A DNA stretch of 64,000 nt from Felis catus (taxonomy: Eukaryota), in contig NC_058373.1 in assembly GCF_018350175.1 (NCBI RefSeq), forward strand, positions 76,260,001 through 76,324,000, read 5' to 3'. Position 1 is the first letter of the stretch; each line of letters begins with the position of its first letter. Shown one piece after another: positions 48,201 through 62,053 of this stretch. The position numbers and the translations under genes are program-made. A model generated the notes under the pieces. It searched no databases, was not told where the DNA came from, and worked only from the letters and a program-made list of their open reading frames with translations.

Positions 48201-51194
48201 TTTCTTACACTAGATTGTTTTAGACTGATTAAACTTAGCTTTTAAAATCTCATTAACTCTAAAGACCTAGAATGGAAAAATGTGTCCTGAGAATACCAAA
48301 ACCAATCACTTTCATAAGTAAGTGCTAACAATATTGGTGATCCCAAGAATCATGCAGAGAGAATTACAAGAGACATTTTGATAGCATAAGTCACACAACA
48401 CACGTGTCACGGAAAATAATGAGATCATCTTGGCTTCAATTTAGGAAATTGTCAAAGTTTTCACAACCCTCTTAACTTGTAATGCAACTCACATGCTGAT
48501 GTTTCTATCCATTGCAAAAAATAAAGTAGACTCAGATTGGGCAATCTAGTTTGGGTTTACTGGAAGAAAGCCTGAAAAGTCACGCAACAGATTCCTCAGA
48601 GGCAGTTTTACAAGGAAAATGTGGGACAGGAGCAATGCTTTGAGGCTTGGTTAAAGGGTAAGTCTGTGTACAAGAAATGTAACAAATCAGACATTTCATA
48701 TATCTCAATTTGGCACCTTTACAATAGATATACATTGAAAGATTGCAATGATCTTTGCGACTTTACCAGTCACCAGGGAACTAAAGGTTATGATAGGTGG
48801 TTCTTCAAATTAAAGAAATTTAACTCGAAAACTAAATAGGACTAATTGAAAAGAAGCTTAATGTACTAAGATGGGCAACAAATAAAAACTACAAAGATCC
48901 TCCTAATATACCTGGATAAAAGTGATGTAAAGAGAGGACGGAAGACCAGTGGAATCCTAAGGTCCAGAAAACAAACAAGAAACTAAAATACACTGGGATA
49001 GTTCCATATAGCTCTGAGCTCTAAGTTCCAATAGCTCGAATACATCACACTGTCCTTGTTCATCAAAAATGAGCCTGCATAGTAAGTAGTGTAAGGATTA
49101 TATAATTGGGTAAGAATTGGCATAGACAGTCATGGATGGTATCAGATCTGTATTCAAAAAGTGACTTCTGGAAGCTGTATATATTGAAAGAACAAACAAC
49201 TGAAGGCAGTTTGGAAACTTTTATCTCAGAAAGACTGACCAGATCCTACAGCAAGGAAACAGCCTGTCCTGTGAGGCCGCCTACCTTTGCCAGCAGCGCT
49301 CATTCATTGCAATTCTCCTCTTCCAAGTTTTTTTTTTCCCTAGTATTATCAGCAAGTCTATAAGCCCGATTTTCAAGTTTATAACTTCTTTTTTAAAAAC
49401 CTTAAGAGGCTAAACAGAGATAACAACATATGTTGTCTTAACCCAAACCTCCTCCAGTAGGCACAATGGCTAAATATAAAATTAGGCTTGAAACTCCATC
49501 AAATCTAGCTTCACAAAACAGATCTGACATTTTGCTCCTAGAAAAATGGATTACTTCATCTTGTTTTTACATTTTGCAAATTCTCATTAAAAAGCAGAAA
49601 CAGAAATATTTTGATTAGCTCCCTAAAAATGAGAATTTTCCGTTAATGAACGTGTTCTCATTCTCATGGCTAGAAAGAGTGGTCCAAGAGAGCAAGAATA
49701 CAAGTTTGGATGCACCAGCTCCATTCTCATTGAGTTTCCTACTTGGTTCGAAACGTAAATACACTCCAGCTTATTAACTTAAGCCCTCCCTGTACATGTT
49801 TTCATATGCCTAGAGGAAACCAGCAGAGCCAGGACTCAGCCAGGACTTACATCTGTGAGGTCGGAGCAATTCACATACACTGAGCATTCAGAGAAGGCCG
49901 AGGGATCTATTTCCCCATCAATGCCAGGAGCACTGGCAGATTCTGTTTAGCACCAGTAGGACTGCCTGGACCCCTGAGAAGTCCCACTTCATTAAGACAT
50001 TAGGTCCTAACATACCGAGGAAAGCTTCCTAAATTCATATGTATTGAGAGTGAAATGAGGATTTCCTCCCTGAGACATGCTGAAAACCGCTTTCAACTCC
50101 CTTTTGTGTACAGCAGCCTGCACTGCGTAAAGTGTCAGCCCAGCCTCGCTAACTCGGTTAGAGGGAGGGCCAATAACAACACTCAGCTGATCATAAAAGA
50201 AAGGGAAAAGACTGAACGATTATAGAATTCTTATAATGTGCATAGTGTTATTATGGCACCCTGCCCAGGGCTCATCAAAGATAAATGAGGTTTGAAGAGT
50301 GGATNNNNNNNNNNNNNNNNNNNNNNNNNNNNNNNNNNNNNNNNNNNNNNNNNNNNNNNNNNNNNNNNNNNNNNNNNNNNNNNNNNNNNNNNNNNNNNNN
50401 NNNNNNNNNNNNNNNNNNNNNNNNNNNNNNNNNNNNNNNNNNNNNNNNNNNNNNNNNNNNNNNNNNNNNTTTTATTTTTTTGGAAGCTGAAAGGGAACAT
50501 AATTCAGTGCCTTTCAAATTGCTTTGGAGAAATATAATAAATCCAATATATATGGAAAAGTTTATAGGGTTCGGGTTTTATTTTTTTGCTAAATATATAC
50601 AACTCTGAGATCTTTCTCTGATATTAAGATTGTTTCCAAAAAATTTTCTTCCAAGTTTTTTCATACATGTTTCACTAGATTTCCTAGACATTTAGGAATT
50701 TGTAATTCTGAAGCCCAATGACAAGATACAAGGTTTAGTACTTTGACCACGTGAAGCTGTTGCCTTCTCTAAGCTGCTACTCCTAAAATCCTCATCCAGG
50801 CTTTAAAAGACAATAGCAATATCACATTTTTGTTTCTATGGCTAAGAATTTTGATGGAAATAGGAAGGGGGAGAGTGTCCATTAATATTGCAACATCAGT
50901 CTCTGAATGTGCTCCTTGTGTGTGAAATTATATTTTTATGACACTTCTCTGGTTTTCTTTGAATCAGCTCGATTGAAAATCATCTTGAACCCAATTTTTA
51001 TCCAGTAACTGCCTCTCAATACACATTACTCTTGTAAGTGTTAAAGATTTGTTGGTTCAGCTTTTCAGGCAAGGCTATTTGAATGCACGAGGGGGTTGCC
51101 AGAGAGTTCTTATGGCTACGTCAAAGTTAAATCCAAAGTTGCTGAGTTCCATCAGCATTTAAATCTCCATTGCAAAACCAGTGCTTTAAGAGGA

Positions 51195-51217
51195 AGTTCA
51201 AAGTTCACAGTCCAAAG
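51195..51217 (+). promoter_or_regulatory. DR1 nuclear-receptor element (HNF4/PPAR:RXR type)
   Basis: AGTTCA-A-AGTTCA at 51195-51207, followed by GTCCAAAG. Confidence 0.35.
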
Positions 51218-51996
51218 AAGGAACTTAGCACTAGTGACATAGTGGTTAGATCCAAATTAATAAGTCAAAGTGTTTGTGGATTTGAAGAAAAGTTTCTTTG
51301 AGCGAAAGGTAGCTTCAGAGCCTAGATAAATCTTCTGAATCCTAGGGAAGGATCCTAATTGCTCCTCTGACTGTCTGAACGCTGGGTTCATCGTTTTATA
51401 AATGGCTCACCATGAAAAAAAAAGAAGGAAATACCAGTTACCAGACGCATAGAATTAATACCTGAAATCATCAGCTTTCCTTTATCTGTTGGACCCAAGA
51501 GGATTCTGTGTGTGCTGATTGGAGGAACCATGGATCAGAGACAAACATTTTCCCAAGTGTTCTTCGTTTACCTGAATTGCAATTGCCTTACTGAGTGAGA
51601 GGTAGGAATTAATAGACATGGGTAAGAACATAGTGAAGAACTCCAGTGCTTTATATCAGACACCAAATCATTAGCATAGGACAGATAACTATAAATAGAT
51701 GTTAAAGAATTGAAAAACATATATCCTTTTGAAAGTCTACCTTTCTTAAGTGTGCAGAAAAAGTTGGCAGCCATTCAATGGTGTGAATGGTAGTGAAACT
51801 ATCCCAGATTTAGAACACATATGGCTCACAGGACCCTTCCTAGTGGACTATACCAATGTTTCTCAACCTTGGCTAAACATTGGAACTGCCTAGGGATGTT
51901 GCGACCCAATGGTTCAGTGTTGGAGAGGGGTATATTTTTAAAACTCTCATGCATAAAGAACTAAACAGATTGGAAATAGTATAGAAAAATTTCAAA

Positions 51997-52182
51997 TTTT
52001 TTTATTGTTTATTTATTTACTTTGAGAGAGAGAGAGAGAGTAGGGAAGGGGCAGGGAGAGAGGGAGGGAGAGAATTCCAAGCAGGCTCCGCTGATGCAGG
52101 GTTCAGTCTCACAAACTGGAGACCATGACCTGAGCCAAAATCAAGAGTTGGACGTTTAACTGACTGAGACACCCAGGCACCC
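51997..52182 (-). mobile_element. CAN-SINE
   Basis: Antisense SINEC; TSD-like aaaaatttcaaatttt / aaaaacttcaatttt. Confidence 0.9.
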
Positions 52183-53723
52183 AAAAACTTCAATTTTTTT
52201 ACATTTAAAATATAATGTGTACAGGCCCCTACCACTTCACCACACAAAATAGCATCCCTCTCAAAGAATGGATGGTTTTCCCAAGTGCATGGAAATAGTG
52301 ATTGCAGTAGTAATCTGGTAAAGACTAGGAGAATTTCTCCTTTTCATATAATCTCCACCACATGTAGCAATGTTATGAAATTTAATCCACTAAATTAGAT
52401 AGGCAGAGAAAAGACATTGCCTTAATTGTGTCTATAGCTCCCTTCAGGACAACATCGTCTGGTTAATAGGAAAAAATAGGTATTTAGTAGAAGTTTAAGC
52501 TCAGTTTGATTCAATAATCAAAGTAGTCTTCTCAGATAGTATTGTCTTTCTTGAACAAAACCAAAAAACACTTAATTTCACAGATGTCCTCCTTATTCCC
52601 TGCTTCTTTGCCCAAGATGCTGATTGAGAGTATATGGTATGCAGCCTATGTCTTACTGACATGAGACAAGAGTGGAGGGAAACTCTAGTATCATATAGTT
52701 CCCAAGACTACATGGATAGCATCATCTAGCCTCTGGAAGGATAGCCATGTCTACTGTTCATTAGCTACCCTACTTGTTTTGTGCTCACCCCTGGCTAGTG
52801 ACTACTTTGATGTGGCTTTGGTCAACTCCCTCATGCTGACTTGGCTTCCATCCATCCTTGATTTCTGCAGGTTCTTGGGAATGTGCCGCATGGCCCATCC
52901 AAATTTACAGCTTCATAATCCACCCTTATCCTCTTCTGATGGTTCAACTCACTCTGCCATACTTTTTAGAAGGAAGCAATCCTTCCATCTCTTCATTTTC
53001 TTCCCGGATAATATGATAATTTGATATTAAAGATATGTTGGAATAAAATAGAATAGCATTCAAATATACTCGATACTTGGAAGACTCTAATTTCATTACT
53101 TGGCTGCAAGCTTTCCTCACTCATCGCTCACTTTGTCCTCTCTTGCTTTTTTTTTTTTAACTTCTCTCTCTTCTTTCCCTAGAAGTCTGAGGATATAAAA
53201 GCTAGTTAGAGTTTTTCCCATCGGTTAGGTACAGAAGCAAAAACAGATTGCATCAGCTCTTGTTTTTCCTACTTCCAGGGTCAAAGCACCATGTCAGGAT
53301 AAACCCACAAGAGATTTGCCTGCTTGAGACCCCAGTCTATTATAAGAGGAGTGAAAGCTTTTTGAAGGAACGTGTACAAAGTTAGAAATGCACCACAAGT
53401 TACCATATAGTTGACCCATCTGGATATTTAAAATTATCTATTTAGACATGGGGGTGGGAATTGATAGTTATTTTCTAAAAATACTCTTTGGGGCGGGGGA
53501 GAAGCAGAATTTGTAAAATTGGACACAAAAATTAAATGAATAGAATTTTCAAGCCTATATTTCTTAAAATGCTAAACAGCTAGAAAAAAAACCCTATGGT
53601 TGCTTATTTATGTAATTTAAAAGTGCAGTTTTCTAAAAATATCATACTCATTCAATTTTTCAGAGAACATAACACTTTTGGCAGAAATGCACTTAAAATT
53701 TTAATAAAATAGGCATATAATAA

Positions 53724-53746
53724 TGTGTGTGTGTGTGTGTGTGTGT
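53724..53746. repeat. (TG)n microsatellite
   Basis: Directly visible. Confidence 0.95.
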
Positions 53747-54554
53747 ATGGTGTTTGCGAAGAAAGCGAAGGAATTAATCCTGGCTGAAAATAAGGAAGTT
53801 AAGACTACAATATCACTCAATGAGTCAACATCAAGGTGCAAATGAAAACTCTTTATGTATTTACTTATTTAAAATCACCCCAGGGTGCAGACTCAAGCAG
53901 TAAGAATTAATTAGACTCTACAAAATAGAACACTGATGACCAAGAACAATTCAAATCAACTAAAATGAATTTCTAAATCTCTTTCATTTGTTATCCTAAA
54001 AATTGTATACATCTATCCAATCAGCACAAGCAGCTAATTTCTTTTATTCTACATGTTCTTTAGGCCACTTTTTGTGGCTCTGGTCTATGCTTTAATTTCT
54101 CCAGTTATAATTTAGAAATTCTGAGAAAATACTTTCTCCCTAGCTCCCTCATTGAACCTACAAAATGGAATTATTGACAAGGATAATACATTATTTGCCT
54201 TTGATCTTTTGTTGATAAAAATCATTATATATATGATATATCTCACATATAGATATTATATATATATATATACAATGTCCACATATCATTATATATATAT
54301 AATATCTATATATATGTATAGATATCATGTATATAATGTCCACATATTTTTTAATGGCTTGAGTTTGTGAATCTCCCAAAGTAGTTCCTAAATGCCAAGA
54401 GTTTGCTTAACTACATGACAAGTTCTGGTTTATTTATAGCCCTATGCTAAAAAAATATATATTTTTAAAAATATATATAACTGCTACAAAAATCTCATGA
54501 AGCCACCAAATGTCTCTGTTTATTACTGATAGTGCCTCATATGAAGAATAAGTT

Positions 54555-54808
54555 GGGGCACCTGGGGGGCTCAGTCAGTTAAGCATCTGACTCTTGATTT
54601 CAGCTCTGGTTGTGGTCTCATGGTTCATGGAATAGAGCCCAGCATGGGCTCTGTGCTGACAGTGCNNNNNNNNNNNNNNNNNNNNNNNNNNNNNNNNNNN
54701 NNNNNNNNNNNNNNNNNNNNNNNNNNNNNNNNNNNNNNNNNNNNNNNNNNNNNNNNNNNNNNNNNNNNNNNNNNNNNNNNNNNNNNNNNNNNNNNNNNNN
54801 NNNNNNNN
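54555..54808 (+). mobile_element. CAN-SINE (3' part in gap)
   Basis: ggggcacctggggggctcagtcagttaagcatctgac head. Confidence 0.88.
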
Positions 54809-55224
54809 ACTGGATTTTGATGTATCCAGCCCCTCTATCATTCACCAGAAACCTACCCTAAGGAAAAGGAGTCTGAGGAAAAGAAAACCAAGAATGCATG
54901 ACCCACAAGATACACTATTTCCAAATGATTCAGTGGCATTTCCCAAGCATGCTGCCATTTGCCACATTCACTTAAAAAGGCATGGACAATGATATCTATC
55001 TGCCACCAAAAAGGATATTTAGGTTCAACTTTGTGATGAATGATTCAATCATCAGTTGATAAAGCAGAGGAGGACCTGAGGGGGAGGTAGAGACAGCTTC
55101 TCCATCCTCAGATAATTAGGTTTGGTCAACAACCACTGAAAGAATGGATTTGGATGGGTCAGATGTTCCCACACAGCAGGAGGGAGTGTGAATACAAGGC
55201 CCAGAGGTCCTTTCAACAACTATT

Positions 55225-55410
55225 TCCCACTATTCTTATTATCTCATTAATTCTGGCAATTTCCTTATGAGGCTTGCATGTGGTATTATTAGATCTATTT
55301 TACTGGAGGAAAAACCCTAGGAAAGGTGAAGTGAAATTCTGTGTTTGAGGTGAATGAGTCATCAGCCAGTCCTGGAATGAGCCACCTATGCACTTTTCAC
55401 ACTAATGTTA
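55225..55410 (-). mobile_element. MIR
   Basis: 'ttatctcattaattct...ttatgagg...tattattagatctattttactggaggaaaaac'. Confidence 0.6.
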
Positions 55411-58214
55411 GTGTCTGTGGTCTCTGATAACAGAAGTTGAGCTCTAGACCTAGTTTTCTCCAAGTTGATCTANNNNNNNNNNNNNNNNNNNNNNNNNNNN
55501 NNNNNNNNNNNNNNNNNNNNNNNNNNNNNNNNNNNNNNNNNNNNNNNNNNNNNNNNNNNNNNNNNNNNNNNNNNNNNNNNNNNNNNNNNNNNNNNNNNNN
55601 NNNNCAGCATGAGAATTTATTCTCTGCAATTAGGCAGAGATTTCAGTAAATTCTTGATATTCCTTGAGGGAGCTCACAACCAAGAAAGAACCGCCATGTT
55701 TTTCTGCCTCAGGTTGTGTAAGGAGAGGACAATGCTGGGAAGCTCCACAGGTTCCAAATCCTAGTATTAGGACACAAACATACCATCAGGTTGATAAGCA
55801 AACCAGCGGATCAAGAGAATTACCTAACCTGGTCATAAAGATCAGTAGAGATAGAAGGTGAAAAACCTTCAAATGTGAGGTCCCAGAGATGGCAAAATGT
55901 TTTTCTTGGGTCTTAAATAAGTTTCTTCTACTACAGTTACAGCCTATTTCTGAATCCTATGAAATGGAATCACTAAGGAATCGATAATTTCACATACAGT
56001 TCCTGAAAATATTAACCAAATTATTCCCAGCATAAATTCTTTTCAATTCCTTCACCAAGGGTATTTACCGATCATTTTATCATTTTGATGTTAGGAAATC
56101 TGAAAAATATATTATAGTCTATATCTGTATGATTGTGGACTATATAGTCTTTCTACTCTTTGCCTGTATGGCTTCCTGGGCCTGAATAGGTAGTCAGCTA
56201 AAGGTCAGACATCTTTCTTAACATTCTTTTATAGTGTCTAAAGTGGCCGTCCTATTTATTTGGGGTAAGGCATGAGAATATCTTGTTAAAATGAAAATGC
56301 TATCTAGAATGAGTGAAAAGCTCAGCTATTACCCAGAAATTATTATCTACTATTTAGATAATTATCTAGTTAAAAGACTTATTTAGAGATTTACAATATT
56401 TAATTAACTCTAGTAACATTTTGGGCTCCGAAAGTCTGAAACACTGAACAAGGATATTTTAAGGGAGGTGGAAGAAGATTCAGCACACCCACATGGAAAT
56501 TTCCAGGAGGCTTGAATGAGTGCCACTGTACCTATTATGACTGCACCCGAAAGGAGACCAAAGACCAATGAAAGAGGGATAGAAAGATTTTGAAAATAAT
56601 CTCACTTCTTTATACTTTTGCCTAAAGTTGGTAGTAGGTGTTATATATCCTTAACTGAAAGAGTGAATTACACATTGTAGACAGTGAAGATGGGATTCAT
56701 TGTTCTCTGCAGTTTTCTTCATTTTAGTTCCAAGGTTTTTTAAATTGTATAGGTAAAGGAAAAGGAGCCAGATTCTTTCCCCTTTTATTTTTTGTCCTCT
56801 CTTTCCTCACCCATTTCCTCCACTCAATAATTTCCTGTTGTCTCCACTTCCAAATCCACAATACCCCTTGCCAAACACACATACTTATAACTTTATCTTC
56901 TCTGACACACAAGTTAGTCTAGGAGATTTACATTTCTTGTCAGAAAAATAGGGCGACACTGTGAGAGGCTACCAACTTCAAAACCTGAAGTCCAAGTCCT
57001 CAAACTGAAGAAAAGAGAACACACTTAAAAACAGAAGGAAACGAAATGAAACGAAAGAACAGTATAAACTGGCATCACTCTTAGTTTAAACCTCATCTCT
57101 TATCTCCCTATTCCTTTCTTTCCTTATTGTCAGTGCTACGTAGTTACAGAGAACAGGGTTTCTAGAGTAATTTGGATTATGAAACCAACAGTTTCAAAGG
57201 TAAAGCAAGAAACATTTCAAGACAAACATAGTGAGCTTCCTGTTTGCTATTCTTCCAGCCATCTAAGACACTCAGACTCAGGAATCTAAGCGCCAGCCAC
57301 GTGCTTAGCCCAATGCCCTATGATTGTGCACTGAGCGGGGCCACTCATTAACCGGCCTTCTGCTAAGTAGCCATGTATGAGGAGGGCCATCAGGCTGATA
57401 ATTCTCAGTTCCCGTTTCTTGATGACAGTTCACCTTAGGCATTTTGTTAACTACACCAGAGAATAACACACAAAACAATGATCGAATATACTCAGAAATA
57501 AAAGCCAAATCCAATGCGTTCTGAATAAAGATGTACTATTAATGTCAATGTTACTCTGAATTTTCTAGGCTCCCAGTGAGTGCTTCTGATACTTTCTCCT
57601 TTGTCTCTTTTGCATTGTTTACACTTTATCAAGCACCAAGCCAGTGCTAGTTATGAATAGACTCTCACAGGGAATTGAGTGGCAGCCATGTAAGGAACTG
57701 ACATCACTATAGCATGGAAAATATTTAATAACTCAGTTAATGGCTAATAAAGGAAAGCATAGATAGAACAGATAAATCATATTGCATTGAAGGATGAGCT
57801 TTTAAACGGCCATTTTTCATTAGTTTCCTTTCTCATAAGGGCTCATCATAAATTTAATCTGGAAGGGAAAAGAAAGAAGCCCCAATGACCGTCACCATCT
57901 TAGTGGATTCCTAATAATGAGAAAAAAAATTATCAAAAGCAGTAGGCCACTGCTGCTTCCCCTAAGTGCCCAGTAAAGATAGTTCAAGTATAGACATTCC
58001 ATACTAACATTTGTTCTGCCCAAAAGCTTGGAGTCATTTTTTAACTTTTCTTCTCAGGCCAGATGCAGTTCATCAAGAGAGTCTGTTGGCCCCAGCTTTA
58101 AAATATACCCAGAATGTGGACATAATATGGATATATTGTGAATATATGTATGTTAAACCCATGTACAGTTACACACGCATAGATATGCATGCATATAAGG
58201 CAGATGTATTCTGA

Positions 58215-58340
58215 ACCCAGGGCTTCCTATTTAATATAATTGATTGTCTTTGTAAAAACATTATTCTGAGAAATAGTCCACAGGCTTCACCAGATGCCCC
58301 AAGAGGACCATGGCACAAAACTTTTTAAGATCCTCTGATT
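58215..58340 (+). mobile_element. MER103-like hAT-Charlie fragment
   Basis: 'attctgagaaatagtccacaggcttcaccagatgccccaagaggaccatggcacaaaa...aagatcctctg'. Confidence 0.6.
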
Positions 58341-58762
58341 TAGAAGATCTGGAGCCAGTATGTTACTGGGACTCTACAGAAAGCTAATGTTCAGACAATA
58401 ACGATCACCACCTAAGCTGTGAAGGAAGGCCTTTTGGATACTCATTAGGATATGAGTCTTAAGATTTTAATGCTAACAATCTTACTATCTATTTCACCAC
58501 TTCCCTTAAGACTTTCTTTCTTTGCTACACATTCTTAAATATTCTTAAAATCATTTCTCATTCTGTAAGTTTTCTGGGGGTATTATTCATTTCTAATATA
58601 GCCATGACCCTAACTTCAGAACATGCTTAAGAACCTGAAACAGACTTTGACTCCAATGCGATTACTTATGTAAAAGGAAACTAGACAGACAATCCCAAGC
58701 ACAGAAAACTAGCCTTTGGTCCCTTGGGCTCATAGGTCTAAAGTTGGAAAGAAAATTAAAGT

Positions 58763-58886
58763 GATTTTATGTATCTTATGCAAGATGGCAATCTTATGCA
58801 AGATTTTATGTATCTTATGCAAGATAGACTCTTAACTATAGAGTCTTTATTTATTTATTTATTTATTTAATTTATTTATTTATTTA
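58763..58886. repeat. Complex short duplications and hairpins followed by (TTTA)n
   Basis: gattttatgtatcttatgcaagat twice, plus an extra atcttatgcaagat; agactct-N7-agagtct inverted repeat. Confidence 0.85.
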
Positions 58887-60765
58887 CTTTTTGTGTGTGT
58901 GAGAAAACCTTCTACGTGGGGTGTCTGACCGCTCTCACCGTAGCTACATGGAACACTGTTAGCATTCCTTACCAGAAATGAGCTTCCTACAGCCCTTCCA
59001 TATCCAAAGAAACCTGAAATTCCCTTCAAAAATTTTTCAAAGGCTACTCAGAACAGGGCCTGTTTTCTGCACGTGTGTGTGTGTTTCAGCTGTTAACTCT
59101 TTCTAGCCTTAGCTTTTTTATTTCCACACAAGCTTACTGCTCTCAACCCTGCCCTCTTGTTTAATTGATTGCATGTTTTGTGCTGCTTGCTTGCTTACAC
59201 TTGCTTAAGTGGTCTTATCAGTTCAGTCTTTTCAGTTTAATTTCTATTTTTGACACGTATCTTCTACATTTAACTGTTTTCCCATATTTTTTGAGCACCA
59301 TTCAGCAGGATGTGTGCGGATGTGTACATTTGTATGTATGAGCTATTAGCAACTAAGGCCCCTGAATAATCTAGAAATTACAGATAGTTTAGATGCTACA
59401 TCTTAGAAAATGATTTCTTGGCACCCTATAGTGGATGAGAAGGAAGACTGGTGGTTTGTCTTGTCCATCATGTGGTTTAATTATATAAAAAGTTTCAATA
59501 TCATTAGGTAGCTTTGAAGTAGCTCCAATTTAGGCGTGCATAGATGTGACATATATTAAATGGAACACATTTAATGAAAAATTTAAGTAGAGGCCGTGGC
59601 CACACCTATAATGAAGATGGCCAGAATTTTTCATTCTAACCTTTTTTGTTAAGCTAATGTCAGACTCTATAAACAATCCTAACTTGAAGAAAGATCTTTC
59701 CTGTTCTTTTTTTGGCTAAAGATGATGACATTTTGAAAAATTTGATAAAAATTAGTTCAGCAAGAACTGAACTAACAGTTCAATCACTGAATAGAAGCAA
59801 AAACCATCTTCTGATAGTAAACTCAGGAACCAGTCAAATGTCAACTGACCCAAATGGCTGAAAATAAAATGTCAGAATTAGTAGCCCTTGATGAAAACGT
59901 GGCGCTTTAACTAGCGGTCAAGAACAGGACTTTTAGGGGTGACTGTAGCCATTGTATGTACTGGAAAGTGCACTCCAGAAATCAGAAAATCATATGTGCA
60001 TTTCTCCTTCTGCAAAGGAGAGACTTATTCAAAAACCACATACCTCTGGGCTCTTCATCTTCCTCCTTCCAATGGACCATCTTCAGGCCCATTAATATGG
60101 CAAGCTCCCGTCATCAAGAGTGTGTGCTACAGGCTGTGAACACCCAGTCACCAATACCAAACACACACACACACACACACAGCCCCTGCCACCCCCGCCA
60201 CGCCCCCAACACACACACACAGCCAGCGCATGCTCTTTTTTACTAATTAGATGTCACTTGTTAACTTGTTCACGGACTTCCTTATTAATTTTCCTGAGGA
60301 CAGTTAGTGTCTTTGGCTCTTGTGTGGTTCAAATTCAGCCTTAAGGGTTGCAAATCTGGCTGAATAATCTAGTTTCTCCTAGGATGATTCTTGGCTCTTC
60401 TTATTTCTACCTAAAATACAAAACAAACAAACAGAAAAAACCTCATGCTAAAATCAATTGGTTCTGAAAAGGATATTAATCTCTTTCTTCTAAAGCCAGT
60501 CACATTTTCACTCTCCCTATATCTTATTCTGGGTTTTTCATTTTTTGTAAAAAAGACCAAATGCAGACTACTCAGCTTTATTGTCTTCAAAGCCCAATTA
60601 AATTACTGTTATTTTTCTCCTATCTAAAGAGTGTTACATTAAACCCACTTATACTACGGGCCACAGTGTTCATCAGGCTGTATATGTTCTTAGACGTTGA
60701 AAATTCACTTACAGTTTTGAAAAACTGGTCATCCTTTCAATACTCTTGAAGGACAGTGCACTTTA

Positions 60766-60979
60766 TTTATTTTTTTCAACGTTTATTTGTTTTTGGGACA
60801 GAGAGAGACAGAGCATGAACGGGGGAGGGGCAGAGAGAGAGGGAGACACAGAATCAGAAACAGGCTCCAGGCTCCGAGCCATCAGCCCAGAGCCTGACGC
60901 GGGGCTCGAACTCCCGGACCGCGAGATCGTGACCTGGCTGAAGTCGGACGCGTAACCGACTGCGCCACCCAGGCGCCCC
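60766..60979 (-). mobile_element. Very young felid SINEC_Fc
   Basis: Nearly all CpGs intact; perfect TSD acagtgcacttta at 60753-60765 and 60981-60993. Confidence 0.97.
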
Positions 60980-61211
60980 AACAGTGCACTTTAAAAACTC
61001 ATCAAAATCTGCTTATAACTTGAATTTTACCACATTTACCTTCATTGTGAATATCTTCATCTTCATTTATCTTCATTGTGAATATTAACATTAGTACACT
61101 TGATTACTGTGAAGCAAGACCCAGCTGGGCTTCATTTATAAGCACTTCGTGACACTAAAGACAAAGGCATCATTTCCTACTTCACCTCTGTTCTGCTCAC
61201 TTTGTAAGCTA

Positions 61212-62053
61212 AGGATTCTCAGATGGTTTGGTCTCAGGATTCCCGAAAATCCTTAAAAATTATGAACAATTCCAAAGTCCTTTTCTTATGTTGATTACAT
61301 CTATCAGTGTTCCTCATATATGTAATTAAAACTCAACAAATTTAAGATCATTTATTTATTAATAGGTTAAAATAACAATAAACCCATTATTTGTTAACAC
61401 AAACAACATACTTTAATGAAATATTACCATATTTTCCAAAAGAAAAAATTAATGAGAAGATGAGCATTGTTTTATATATTTGTAATTTTTTAAATCTCTT
61501 TAACGTCTGTTAATAAAAGACAGCTGGAGGGAAAAAAAGAGAGGCGTGGGAAACAAACCACAAGAGACTCTTAACTATAGAGAACAAACTGAGGATTGAT
61601 GGAGGGAGCTGGGTGGGGGGATGGGATAGATGGGTGATGGGTATTAAAAAAGGCACTTGTTATGATGAGCACTGGGTGCTGTATACAAGTGATGAATCAC
61701 TGAATTCTACTCCTGAAACCAATATTGCACTGTATGTTACCTAACTAAAATTTAAATTTAAAAAAAAGTAAAAATAAAATACAGCTGGAATCTCATATCT
61801 GCTTCTGCATATAATCTGTTAAATTAATAAATTCAAATTATTAATTAAGTCATTAAAATTACTAATTAATTCATTAAAATTAAATTAAAATCGATTTTAA
61901 AAATCTGTGAAACACTTCATGTTGCTTTTTCTACTTTCTAAAAAGTAGAAAAGACAAATAACATTACAAAAGCATAGGTTTGACCATGAGGACCTCCTGA
62001 CGGGGTCTTGGGGCTATTCCAAGAGCCCCCAGACCACACTTTGAAAGCTGCTG
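61212..62053 (+). mobile_element. Charlie1-family hAT element interrupted by an L1
   Basis: 'tttggtctcaggattccc...ttaaaaattatg' start; 'cagaccacactttgaaagctgctg' end. Confidence 0.75.
61529..61772 (+). mobile_element. L1_Carn 3' UTR stub
   Basis: aagagactcttaactatagagaacaaactgagg...tgaatcactgaattctactcctgaaacc; TSD aataaaa(g/t)acagctgga at 61512-61528 and 61773-61789. Confidence 0.93.

Noticed and set aside
51068-51243. Plus-strand acceptor followed by a 57-codon open frame
   Set aside because: No recognisable homology or partner exons.
54220-54350. Repeated aatgtccacatat units with spacers
   Set aside because: Low-complexity (AT)n slippage in a mammalian genome; not an ordered array or CRISPR.
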